64,000 nt of DNA from Candidatus Freyarchaeum deiterrae (GTDB lineage Archaea; Asgardarchaeota; Jordiarchaeia; Jordiarchaeales; Jordiarchaeaceae): contig CP147778.1 in NCBI GenBank assembly GCA_037305845.1, positions 992,001-1,056,000 on the forward strand, read 5' to 3'. The notes under the pieces were generated by a model. That model searched no databases. It was not told where the DNA came from and was given only the letters and a program-made list of their open reading frames with translations. The position numbers and the translations under genes were made by a program. Of this stretch, positions 49,930 to 59,718 are shown in pieces. The number at the start of each line of letters is the position of its first letter. The first letter of the stretch is position 1.

Positions 49930-51528
49930 TCAATCAATCACTGCTTCTACCAGTTTTTCACTTTTTATTTTTGTGATTTTAACTTTTACTAATTCATTTA
50001 GAGGCGCATTTTCTGCCCACAATATTATTGTTGGGCCTTCTTCGAGGGGATAGGCTATGTACTCTCCGGGTTTTGTTTTTTCTGCTACTAAGGCCTCGAT
50101 TTTCTTGCCTATTAGTGATTTCTTTTGTTCCAAGTTAATCTGGTTTGCCTTGTCGACTATAATTTTGCTAGCTTTATCTTTGGTTGCCGGAGGGGGTGAT
50201 TCAAAGTCTCCAAACGCAGACATCGGAAGGGGTTTGAACCTGTAAATTGTTATTTTTTCAACTCCGTACTCAGCCATCTTGTCCATAATTTCCACAGTCT
50301 CTTTCGCAGTTTCCAAGGTTTGTCCTGGTAATCCATGAATAAAGTAAACATATGGCCTTAATCCATAAGCTATTGCGCGCTTCACAACCGTAAGGCTCTG
50401 ATAGGGAGTTGAAGGCCTACCAATGCTTTTCGAATGCCACTCCGATCCAGTTTCGCAGCCCACATGTACCGTAGTATGGGGTAGATAGGTACTTATAATT
50501 CGAGCCGCCTCTTCGGTAAAGAGGCAAGGCTTTATGTTTTCAATAGATATATAAGTTTTTTTTTCGCTCTCCCTCTGTATTTTTGAGATTCCAGACAGCA
50601 ACGATTCAATCTCCAAGTAGTTCGGTTCGGGTAAACAAGGATCAGTGAGAGGATGGGGGCTTACCAGTTTTTCCCTTTGATAGTCTAGAAAGTCACTTGC
50701 ACCCAGTACAATCCGATTGACTCCAAGATTTAGCAGATTACCTATTTCTCTCAGTATGATTTCCTTGCTCCTACTTCGCGACGGCCCGAAAAAGCTGGGT
50801 ACAGAGCAGAAGCCACAGCCTGGTAGAATTCCTATTGGACAGTAGTATCTTTCAGTCAGGTTGTCTTTATAGCATGAACCACATTGATTACATTCTCTTC
50901 CATCAGGTAGAGTCAAAAGCGTCCTTCGATAATTGGAACAACCACTGACACAGGTCACATAAACACGAGAAGCTCGAAAATAAGGATAATCAACTATTCT
51001 CTCAACAGATGGCTCGTACTTAAACTCGAAAGCTGGAGGCCTAAGAGGCGTCACTGCTACACCGCCGTCCATTCTGAAGGCTAGGCCTCTAATTCCTTTT
51101 AGAATATCTCTTTCAGGTACTCGACCTTCGGACAAAGCAGTTCCTAACAATTCCTCCAGTGTTTCCTCCCCCTCTGATATAACTACCAAATCATAATCCG
51201 TTTTTCTTAACAACTGGTAAGGATCAGCCGCGGCGGGACCCCCAGCTATAGCAAGCTTATCATCATTCACCCTTCTCCATATATTTACTATTTTTCTCAT
51301 AGAGGGAATATCCATAGTCATACCGCTGCACATCAAAACATCAAAATCCGATAAAAATACTTGATCCTTAAAAACTCGCTCAGTAGTGGATATTCTGCAC
51401 TCAAATCCTAATTGCTCCAACACCCCAGCCACAGTTCTCGGACCCGCACCAATAACGTCACGAGTAAATCTCTTGAAACCTTTTTCCACAGCCAATGAAT
51501 CCACGATAACGAAACGAATCCTACTCAT
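49930..51528 (-). CDS. B12-binding-like radical SAM protein with C-terminal TRAM-like domain
   Basis: RDVIGAGPR, AGGP, EGEETL, split Cys motif (GC...GCGFCSVP), VGCETGS, YFIHGLPGQ. Confidence 0.8.
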   Translation of the reverse strand: MSRIRFVIVDSLAVEKGFKRFTRDVIGAGPRTVAGVLEQLGFECRISTTERVFKDQVFLSDFDVLMCSGMTMDIPSMRKIVNIWRRVNDDKLAIAGGPAAADPYQLLRKTDYDLVVISEGEETLEELLGTALSEGRVPERDILKGIRGLAFRMDGGVAVTPLRPPAFEFKYEPSVERIVDYPYFRASRVYVTCVSGCSNYRRTLLTLPDGRECNQCGSCYKDNLTERYYCPIGILPGCGFCSVPSFFGPSRSRSKEIILREIGNLLNLGVNRIVLGASDFLDYQREKLVSPHPLTDPCLPEPNYLEIESLLSGISKIQRESEKKTYISIENIKPCLFTEEAARIISTYLPHTTVHVGCETGSEWHSKSIGRPSTPYQSLTVVKRAIAYGLRPYVYFIHGLPGQTLETAKETVEIMDKMAEYGVEKITIYRFKPLPMSAFGDFESPPPATKDKASKIIVDKANQINLEQKKSLIGKKIEALVAEKTKPGEYIAYPLEEGPTIILWAENAPLNELVKVKITKIKSEKLVEAVID

Positions 51529-51676
51529 AAGTACCCAAACTCATAAATTTTTATAAATTCATTCTTCTAAGGGACATAACTTTAAATAAGTATACTGTAT
51601 TCTTAAAAGTGGAAAAAGCTGAAAAACAGAATATTGCCTTCCTAAAAAAAGGCAAAAAAGTTGGAATGGTGTATTA

Positions 51677-51988
51677 ATGGCACAACAGATATGTCCGACA
51701 TGTGGATTACCAAAAGACCTTTGTGTCTGCCAAGAAATAGTAAAAGAAGAACAAAGAATAAAAGTACGAATAGAAAAGAGAAAGTTCAACCGTGCAGTAA
51801 CCATTGTGGAGGGTATTAACAGTAAGGACGTGGACTTGGGGAGGCTTGCGACGAAGTTGAAGAGCGTTCTTGCCTGTGGCGGTACTGCTAAGGAAGAACG
51901 CATCGAGCTGCAGGGCGACCATCGTTATCGCACGAAGGAGCTTCTTGTCGATTGGGGTTACCCCGAGAAAAATATTGACGTCTCATAA
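51677..51988 (+). CDS. Translation initiation factor aIF1 (SUI1/YciH)
   Basis: CPTCGLPKDLCVC, LKSVLACGGT, IELQGDH. Confidence 0.93.
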   Translation: MAQQICPTCGLPKDLCVCQEIVKEEQRIKVRIEKRKFNRAVTIVEGINSKDVDLGRLATKLKSVLACGGTAKEERIELQGDHRYRTKELLVDWGYPEKNIDVS

Positions 51989-52038
51989 TTTTTTCATTTA
52001 TTTTCTTTCGACTTAAAATTTTTCAGAGATTTCGAAAA

Positions 52039-52281
52039 ATGTTTGGAAGAATTAGGGGTTTATTTCAAAGTTTTACAAGGCGTCCCATGACTAAGAGGGG
52101 AGTACTGGTCTGTCCCAGGTGTGGCAGCACAAGAATAAGACAAGCTGATTCAATATCAGGTGTCATTACTCCTCCGCGCTACTTCTGCCCGAACTGTTAC
52201 TATTCAGGATATTTTGTAGTTGAGAAAGACAAAGACGAAGATAAGAACAAAGAAAATTATTTTGAAGGGTTTGGAGCATAA
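52039..52281 (+). CDS. Small zinc-finger protein
   Basis: CPRCGS...YFCPNCYYSG. Confidence 0.75.
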   Translation: MFGRIRGLFQSFTRRPMTKRGVLVCPRCGSTRIRQADSISGVITPPRYFCPNCYYSGYFVVEKDKDEDKNKENYFEGFGA

Positions 52282-52344
52282 AGAAAAGAAAAAGGAAGAA
52301 GATTTTAGGAGTTATGAAGCCAAGAACTTTTTCTTTTTTGTATT

Positions 52345-53301
52345 TTAGATTTCGACTTCTAATTTGAGTTTTTTAACCAGCTCTTTGTACCTGTTTCTGA
52401 CGGTGACTTCGGTTACATGTGCTACTTCTGCGATTTCTCTTTGTGTTCGGCGTTCTCCGATCATGATGGCTGAAATGTACATTGATGCTGCAGCGAGCCC
52501 TGTTGGATCTTTGCCGGCGGTTATGCCGAGTTCTTTTGCTTTTTCGATAATGAGGGCTGCTTTTCTTTGTGCTGCGCCTGAGAGATGTAATTCTGCTCCG
52601 AAGCGGGGCAAGAAGTCTATGGGGTTTGCGATGGGGATGTCGATGTCGAGTTCTCTGAGGACTAGTCGGTAACATCTACCTAATTCTTTGCGTCCAACTC
52701 TTGATTGTTTGGCGATTTCGTCTAGGGTTCTTGGAACTTTGCGCATACGGCAGGCTCCGTATACAGATGCTGCAACCATAGCTTCAATAGAGCGTCCTCT
52801 AATTAGGCTTCTTTCAATAGCTTTGCGATAGATTACTGCTGAAGCTTCCTTGACGCTGTGTGGAATTCCAAGTTGGCTTGAGAGTCTGTCAAGTTCTGAC
52901 ATTGCGTATGCTAAGTTTCTGTCCATGGAACTGTGAACCCTAGTTCTAATTTGCCATTTTCTTAGACGATAAATCTGGGCTCTACGTCTAGGGGTTAGTT
53001 TTTTGCCATAGGCATCGCAGTTGCGCCAATCTATCATAGTGCTTAAGCCTTTATCGTGCACCGTATATGAGGTCGGAGAACCCACACGACTGCGTCTGGA
53101 GCGTTCTTCGGAAGTAAAAGCTCTCCACTCCGGTCCCTGGTCAATCATGTGCTCATCGATAACGAGTCCACAATGGCTACAAATCAATTCTCCTCTGGTA
53201 ACATCACGGACAACATCTGTAGCTCCGCACTCTGAACATTTATACGGTGTCTTGGCCTTCTCCTCTAAGTCAGTTTCCTCTACCGTTGACTGACCACCCA
53301 T
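52345..53301 (-). CDS. tfb: Transcription initiation factor IIB
   Basis: Zinc ribbon CSECG..CSHCG, IDQGPEWRAF, two cyclin repeats, VTEVTVRNRYKEL; start placed at MGGQS. Confidence 0.95.
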   Translation of the reverse strand: MGGQSTVEETDLEEKAKTPYKCSECGATDVVRDVTRGELICSHCGLVIDEHMIDQGPEWRAFTSEERSRRSRVGSPTSYTVHDKGLSTMIDWRNCDAYGKKLTPRRRAQIYRLRKWQIRTRVHSSMDRNLAYAMSELDRLSSQLGIPHSVKEASAVIYRKAIERSLIRGRSIEAMVAASVYGACRMRKVPRTLDEIAKQSRVGRKELGRCYRLVLRELDIDIPIANPIDFLPRFGAELHLSGAAQRKAALIIEKAKELGITAGKDPTGLAAASMYISAIMIGERRTQREIAEVAHVTEVTVRNRYKELVKKLKLEVEI

Positions 53302-53645
53302 GACACCATTCTCCAAGGATTTGTGCCGAATTGCCCTGAATAAGGCGATTCTCACAAATATGCCGCTTATCCGAAAGCTCGAAAGATATAAATTCCTTAT
53401 AAATCTTTCGTTAGATTTATATTTACTTCGACCCTTTTAAACGCTTCCCATGCTTTGCATAAACAAGTTTTGAACAAAATAGGTAATAAACAAATATAAA
53501 AATAATTATGATTTACTTGTTTTTCATAGTCGTTAATTCATGAAAGCAGAAAAATGTGTGCATACTAGTGCGAAACTTAAATATAAAACGTATTCCCTCT
53601 TTAGGGCAGCTTGAGGAATAGATAAAGAACAGGAGGTGTATAGCT

Positions 53646-54338
53646 TTGGATGTTTTCGAAGCTATTTATACGAGACGTTCAATTAGGCAATTTAAAGAAG
53701 GAGAAAGAATACCTGAGTGGAAAATTGAGAAAATATTAGACGCCGCGCGTCATGCACCTTCACCCGAGAATGTGCAGGCGTGGAAGTACATCGTTATTAG
53801 AGATCAAAAATCAAAAGAATTGTTGGCAGACCTAGCTCAAGAAACCTCGTCGGGAACCTTTGGAATGTCGCGTTTTGAAATGCCTGCTGACCGGCTCTGG
53901 TATGTACCCACTCCAGCAAGAGTTGATACAGTTGAGGGCATGTTCGACGGGTCGCTCTTCAGATACCCTGAAACAGCAGACACAGTAATCCTATGCTGCT
54001 ACTCGGACCACTACTATGACCTACCAACAATACCCGGATCAATAAAAGATATTTGCATTGCCGCAATAAGCATGGGTATACAGAATATGTGGCTTGCGGC
54101 CACAGAGCTGGGCATTGGTGCTGCTTGGGATAGTTTCCCTGTCATTGGTGATGAGAGACGGCGTGAGACAGTGATGGACTATTTTGGTATTCCTAAGGGT
54201 TGGTACCCGCTGACTGCATTCTGTTTAGGTGTTCCGATAAGCACAAGAGTTCTTGGCCCTACGAGATACCCGATGGAAGGGGTTGTTTTTAGAGAAGCGT
54301 GGGGTATTCCCTATATTAGGAGTGAGTTAAGAAGGTAA
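53646..54338 (+). CDS. Nitroreductase-family flavoprotein
   Basis: AIYTRRSIRQF, APSPENVQAW, QNMWLAATELGIG. Confidence 0.9.
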   Translation: MDVFEAIYTRRSIRQFKEGERIPEWKIEKILDAARHAPSPENVQAWKYIVIRDQKSKELLADLAQETSSGTFGMSRFEMPADRLWYVPTPARVDTVEGMFDGSLFRYPETADTVILCCYSDHYYDLPTIPGSIKDICIAAISMGIQNMWLAATELGIGAAWDSFPVIGDERRRETVMDYFGIPKGWYPLTAFCLGVPISTRVLGPTRYPMEGVVFREAWGIPYIRSELRR

Positions 54339-54349
54339 AGGAGGAGATT

Positions 54350-54652
54350 ATGGTGCCTTTGAAGATTGATTTGGATGTAGATACCCAGAAGAAGTTCAAC
54401 GAGATTGCTAAGAAAAGTGAAATCTCGCCGGAATCGCTTGCAAAGTTGGTGCTTACTCTTTGGGCTACTAGGGGCGGTGGCATTGTACTCGGAAGGAAAA
54501 AAGGTGAAAGACAACGGATAGCTATTGATTGGCCTACGGGATTCGACCTTCTCAATAAGTCAGGAGAAAATTTGGAACAGATTCCTAAGACTAAGGGCAT
54601 TTTCTCAGAGTCGGTATTGGATAAAGATTGGATTACTTATGGAGGTAAATGA
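54350..54652 (+). CDS. Hypothetical protein (possible ribbon-helix-helix N-terminus)
   Basis: AGGAGG Shine-Dalgarno; LKIDLDVDTQKKFNEIAKK; operonic. Confidence 0.65.
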   Translation: MVPLKIDLDVDTQKKFNEIAKKSEISPESLAKLVLTLWATRGGGIVLGRKKGERQRIAIDWPTGFDLLNKSGENLEQIPKTKGIFSESVLDKDWITYGGK

Positions 54653-54903
54653 ATATGAGTGAATGGCTTGGCAAAAGGGAAATTAAGAAAGAAGACCTTT
54701 CTGAATGGCTCAAGGATATGAAATGGTTTGGCACTATAGCCCGTTGGTTTACGGAGATTAACTTTCCGCACATTGTGGTGGTTGTGCCTAATGAGTATAT
54801 TGATGATTTGATGAAAAAAGTTGAGCAGGAGTATGGGACGCTTTCTGCAGGTACTCTTAGGAAGGCAGCTCTGGATGCTTTGATTGAGTGGATTAAAAAG
54901 TAG
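54649..54903 (+). CDS. Hypothetical protein (possible ribbon-helix-helix C-terminus)
   Basis: GGAGGT Shine-Dalgarno; overlaps the upstream stop; LRKAALDALIEWI. Confidence 0.65.
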   Translation: MNMSEWLGKREIKKEDLSEWLKDMKWFGTIARWFTEINFPHIVVVVPNEYIDDLMKKVEQEYGTLSAGTLRKAALDALIEWIKK

Positions 54904-54918
54904 CTCTGAGGGGTTTGT

Positions 54919-55293
54919 ATGGCTGATGTAAATAATATTGTGAAAGGCTTTAAAAAGTTGGCAGATGCAATCAATGAGAATGATTCGGCGAAGAGTGTTT
55001 TGGCTAAGTGGCTTGATGGGTACGTTGGCAGAATTCACGCATTTGAGATAGATGACAAGAAGTTTCACATTGTTTTTTGGCCGGATGAAGCGAAATTTGT
55101 TGATGGTGAAGCATCTGCTCCTGACCTTGTAATTCGTGCTACTGCTGACGCTTGGACGGATATGGTTACTGGTAAGAAGAAGTGGTCAGACCTTCTCGGA
55201 GAAGGTACTTTGTTTATTATCGGTGCTGCAAATGAAATACAGTCTTTTATCCAGATTGCAATGACTGCGGGGGTTATACCTTCCGGTGCTTAA
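54919..55293 (+). CDS. SCP2 sterol/lipid-binding domain protein
   Basis: GEASAPDLVIRATADAWTDMVTGK...LGEGTLFIIG. Confidence 0.8.
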   Translation: MADVNNIVKGFKKLADAINENDSAKSVLAKWLDGYVGRIHAFEIDDKKFHIVFWPDEAKFVDGEASAPDLVIRATADAWTDMVTGKKKWSDLLGEGTLFIIGAANEIQSFIQIAMTAGVIPSGA

Positions 55294-55476
55294 CCTTCAA
55301 ACTAAACTTTTATTTCATTTTTTTATTTTTGTTTTAAAGAGACATAGGCATTAACTTAACCCTGTTAGGACTGCTTAAAGATGTTGTTGTCAATTTTACC
55401 CCAATATTTAAAAGGTTTGCTTGATTAAAATTTTTCATTGCTTGATATTTGATATGGCTTGATTGGGAGATAGTTT

Positions 55477-56487
55477 ATGCCCTCTTTGAAGAAGATATAT
55501 CATGTCGCGCGCCCAGTTCTTTCTCTTATTCCTGTAGGTAGTTTTATGATTGGTAGTATTATGGCTTTGTTTGATCCTTTTACGTGGAGCATCTATAAGA
55601 ATGGTTCTGTTTTTACGTTTTTTGCCTTGTCGATTCTTTCTCTTCCGGTTTTTTTGTTATCTTATTTATCTGTATTTTTTTTGGGGGTCTCTAGTTCATG
55701 CCTGAATTCTTTGGTGGATGCAAGGGACAGTGATTTGAGAGGTTTTAGGAAGGATTATCAGAACCCTATTGTTTATTATGATGTTTCTCCTCGGCAAATG
55801 AAGATTATTACGGTTTTTAGTGCGGCTGTTAGTTTTGGTATTGGTTTGTATGTCTCCCTTGTATTTGCAGCTTTGGTTTTGGTCGGAAATTTGATTTCGG
55901 TCTCTTATTCGTATTATCCTCGGATGAAGAGGCATGCTCCCTTTGACGTCATCTGGAATGCTATTGGTCTTTTTACTTTTCCGTTTATTACTGGTTGGAT
56001 TGTTTATCACAGTTCTTCGCAGGTTTTACTTTATTCGCTTTATGTTAATGAATTTTCATTATATTTGTTTTCAGGAGAAGGGGTTTATTATTTGCTTGCA
56101 TTTATGCTAGTGGTTAGGGCTTATTGGTTTCCTTTTTATGAGCTGTTAGGTGGCTCTCTGATAGGGGGAGCTTTCTATGTAATAACTGCTGTTTTAGATT
56201 ACGATAACGACAAGGAGACAGGTATTAAAACGATAAGTGTCATTTTGGGGAAGCGTTACGCCCTCCTGTCAAGTCTCGCATTATACACTTCCGGAGTTTT
56301 GGTAATGTTTAGCCATCTATTTTTTGATGTAGGAACTTTATTATTGGCTTCTTCAATAGCAATTTTTATAGCATATTTAGTTATAAAACCGGAAAATCTA
56401 CGATTATGGTATCTTTTAAAGTTGTCTTTAATGGCAACCTTAATTCTAATTGCAGTGGAAATAATCCTGAGAGTTTCTATCCATTGA
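55477..56487 (+). CDS. UbiA-family prenyltransferase
   Basis: NSLVDARDSD..NP, YSYYPRMK, DYDNDKETGIKT; multiple TM helices. Confidence 0.85.
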   Translation: MPSLKKIYHVARPVLSLIPVGSFMIGSIMALFDPFTWSIYKNGSVFTFFALSILSLPVFLLSYLSVFFLGVSSSCLNSLVDARDSDLRGFRKDYQNPIVYYDVSPRQMKIITVFSAAVSFGIGLYVSLVFAALVLVGNLISVSYSYYPRMKRHAPFDVIWNAIGLFTFPFITGWIVYHSSSQVLLYSLYVNEFSLYLFSGEGVYYLLAFMLVVRAYWFPFYELLGGSLIGGAFYVITAVLDYDNDKETGIKTISVILGKRYALLSSLALYTSGVLVMFSHLFFDVGTLLLASSIAIFIAYLVIKPENLRLWYLLKLSLMATLILIAVEIILRVSIH

Positions 56488-56734
56488 ATGTGATGACTCT
56501 TTTCCAAAAAAAAATCAAATCTCAAGAGAACTATTTTTTATTCTTCTCGATTTTAGAATCTAGGCGAGGGACGTTTAAATATTGTGAAAAAGTAATTCTA
56601 GAGGGTCTACATTAAGTAGACATTAATAAAGTGTTTTAAATCTAGACTAATAGAAGGTGTTCGGGGTTCCCTCTCATTAAAAAATTAACAATAATTTTGC
56701 AATCAAGTTGAAAATATATCAAAGATGGTGTTTC

Positions 56735-59683
56735 ATGTATATGCTCCTGGATTATTTTCTGGATATATCATCATTTTTGTCTCCGCCAGATTTATTTTGG
56801 GAACTAGCTATACTGATGCTTATTGTATTAGGTTTTGGTTTTTCGCTCTACTTTATTAGTAGAATCTCTATTGGTGTTCTCTCTCGTGGTATTTGTGGTA
56901 AAGGCGTTCGCTATTATTTTACAACTTGTCTTAAGGTTTCAAATATACCAAGGGAAGAGGTGAAAATGCAAAGACAGAACATTCAGGAAGACGATAAGAC
57001 AGTTATTCAGTATATACATCAACACTTGACCTCAATGTGGAGAAATGCTAGGGAAGCGAGTTATGAGATACACGTTCAGGAAGATGGCATCAGTATTTAT
57101 TTTTACACTCACCAAGCCGGATTTAGAGGAGAGGAATGTTTTAAAGAAGCCTGGAAGAAAATCCATTCGCTAAAAATTAGCCTAGAAACACGTTTCCCAA
57201 ACATTTTAACAGAAATTCAAGAATTTGACGAACTGAAAAAAGTCTTTAATATTATTGATACCAACTCAAAAGTTAGGAGTAAAAAGAACTTTTTAATTTT
57301 TCAAAACAGTGAGGGAGAAAATTGGATAAGTATAATTCATATTAGGAGAAGGATAGAAAACACACCGCATGAAAAGTATTCTCAGATTGATAACCTAGTC
57401 GGGGGTTTAACAAGATTAGGAATGGATGCTCATTTTATTGTCCATTTTAGGGCGATTAAACCTCCCAGAGTCAGAAAGACTAAATATACAAATAAGAAAT
57501 TGAAAGCGTCCAATGGAAAAATTCTTGTTAAAATAAATGAAGATAAACTGGAGGAAGAAGAGAGAGAAAGTGGACACATCACAGGTTTTTGGGACGTTTC
57601 GGCATATACTTTGATCAAAACTCAAAGCGAGGGCGAAGCAGAAACTCGGTCCATGCAGGTCAAAAACATTTTAACTACTGTTTACTCTGGAGCGCATTAC
57701 AGTCCAGATATAAAGATTCTTAGCGGAAGAAAGATAAAAAGAAAATTAAAACAAATAGTCTTACGAAAATCGGTTGGAAGAACCGAAAAGATGGCAAGCA
57801 CACGACTCGCAGCCCTAACACATTTTCCTGAAAGACCCGTTCCTGGCATCGAGTCTCACGAATACCCAGACTTTGAGATACCTCCCAACAACATATTTAA
57901 CTATTTCACGGGGATACCGACTGCTTACGTGTTATATAGAGAACGGGAAATTTTTACTTGTACACTGGACCCAGAAGATTTGAGACGTGGACTTGCGGTT
58001 TTAGGTACTGTTGGAAGCGGGAAAACCTTTTTCGTGATGAACCTTGTGGATAAATTACTAAGGAAGAAGCAGTTACCCATGTTAATATTTGAGAGCAAGG
58101 GCGAATACATTGGACTTGTCAAATCTTTATCTCCAGAAATTGTGAAAAATATAGTGATAGTATGCCCCGGGAGTGAATTCGCACCTCTAAAAATTAATCT
58201 TTTCGATCCGGGTGACATGGAGCCAGAGGATTATGCTCGAAGACTTTATGGCCTAATTGATGAGACACTTCACTCCCTTTTTCGGGTAGATGGCGAACTT
58301 TCACTTCAGATGTCAAGAGTTTTGGGTGAGGTACTGCCTCAGGTAATAAAAGAGGAAAGGTACCGAAACTTTGATGCGTTACGTAAATTATTGAGTGATT
58401 ATGCAGAGAAGAATAGGCAAAGTGCATCTTACATTGATAACACTGTACTCGCCTTAGACGCCCGCTTGAACGTTTTTCGTCAAGGGATTCTGAGCCGAGT
58501 TTTTAACGTGGAAAAAACCAACCTTAGCCTAAATGAACTTTTGAGAAAGGTGGTTATAATAGATTTCAGTTATCTACTTTCTCAAGGTGGAACTAAAGAG
58601 GATACACAGATTATTATGAATCTTATCTTGCTCCAAATTTTTCAGGCTGGACTAAGAAGGATGAATGCTGAAGAACTAAAACATCTCGTTATAGTAGATG
58701 ATGCTCGTTTTCTAGTACCCGAGATCTTTAGACGTCGCAGTAGTGGAGATACAACCATAGTTGAGGACATGATTACGATAGAGCGTGGAAAAGGGCAAGG
58801 ATTGGTTTTGATATGTCAGGACCCCGCGATATCAAAAGTGGCGCTTTCAAATTGTAATACGCGTGTTGTTTTTCGAATAGCTTTTAAATCTCCCGAAGAA
58901 GAAAAATATATCAGACTAGGCCTGAATGTTGCAGAGGAGCAGAATAGACATCTTGTTATTCAACCGAGACGTGAAGCGATAATGAAATTAGCCGAGTATC
59001 CTCACCCCTTCAGGGTTAAAACATTAAACTACCAAATTCCTAAAATCACATTTCAAGAGATAGAAGAACATAACAGGAACAATCATACAGGGTTATCTCC
59101 GGAAAAAGAGATTGAAAAAGAAGAAATACAAGAAATTACAGAATTTCAGGATCAAGATGAAAGATATATGAATGAAATTTTGTCTTGGCTGGTAACCCAT
59201 GACTATATCACAGTTAGTAAAGCCAAAAAATTAACCAAACTTAGCGACTTGAAAACGCAGGAATTATTAGATAGAATGTACTCGAAAAAAGAACTTTTAC
59301 GAACTATATTTTTTTCGCCATTAAACGGAAAGCAAATACTCTACCATGCAAACAAGGACATCAGCTTAGCATTTATGAATAACGAGTTGAAAAACTTTGT
59401 GAATAACAATAAACTTAACGCATCCATTCAGACATTAAAAAAAGGAGATAAAAACAAAATAGTACAAGAGCTTTCTTCCCCAGCATTTAAAGGCGGAGTT
59501 ATTATAACTTTTGATGAAAAAACAGCAAATCAAATAAAAAAATTGTACCAAGAAAAGAACAACGGACACAAAATAATTAGTTTTACAGAAAAGGGAATAT
59601 CAGAATTAAAATTGTTTCTTAAAAAAGGACAAAACAAAAACAATACTCACCGCATTATTATCATAGAAAAAATAGTTAATTAA
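56735..59683 (+). CDS. Membrane-anchored HerA/VirB4-like (DUF87) P-loop ATPase
   Basis: N-terminal TM; Walker A GTVGSGKT, FESKGEY, INLF, Walker B IVDDA, RGKG..L..ICQ.P, NCNTRVVFR. Confidence 0.8.
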   Translation: MYMLLDYFLDISSFLSPPDLFWELAILMLIVLGFGFSLYFISRISIGVLSRGICGKGVRYYFTTCLKVSNIPREEVKMQRQNIQEDDKTVIQYIHQHLTSMWRNAREASYEIHVQEDGISIYFYTHQAGFRGEECFKEAWKKIHSLKISLETRFPNILTEIQEFDELKKVFNIIDTNSKVRSKKNFLIFQNSEGENWISIIHIRRRIENTPHEKYSQIDNLVGGLTRLGMDAHFIVHFRAIKPPRVRKTKYTNKKLKASNGKILVKINEDKLEEEERESGHITGFWDVSAYTLIKTQSEGEAETRSMQVKNILTTVYSGAHYSPDIKILSGRKIKRKLKQIVLRKSVGRTEKMASTRLAALTHFPERPVPGIESHEYPDFEIPPNNIFNYFTGIPTAYVLYREREIFTCTLDPEDLRRGLAVLGTVGSGKTFFVMNLVDKLLRKKQLPMLIFESKGEYIGLVKSLSPEIVKNIVIVCPGSEFAPLKINLFDPGDMEPEDYARRLYGLIDETLHSLFRVDGELSLQMSRVLGEVLPQVIKEERYRNFDALRKLLSDYAEKNRQSASYIDNTVLALDARLNVFRQGILSRVFNVEKTNLSLNELLRKVVIIDFSYLLSQGGTKEDTQIIMNLILLQIFQAGLRRMNAEELKHLVIVDDARFLVPEIFRRRSSGDTTIVEDMITIERGKGQGLVLICQDPAISKVALSNCNTRVVFRIAFKSPEEEKYIRLGLNVAEEQNRHLVIQPRREAIMKLAEYPHPFRVKTLNYQIPKITFQEIEEHNRNNHTGLSPEKEIEKEEIQEITEFQDQDERYMNEILSWLVTHDYITVSKAKKLTKLSDLKTQELLDRMYSKKELLRTIFFSPLNGKQILYHANKDISLAFMNNELKNFVNNNKLNASIQTLKKGDKNKIVQELSSPAFKGGVIITFDEKTANQIKKLYQEKNNGHKIISFTEKGISELKLFLKKGQNKNNTHRIIIIEKIVN

Positions 59684-59718
59684 AAATGTTAGTTAGACTA
59701 ACACAACAGATTAAACTT

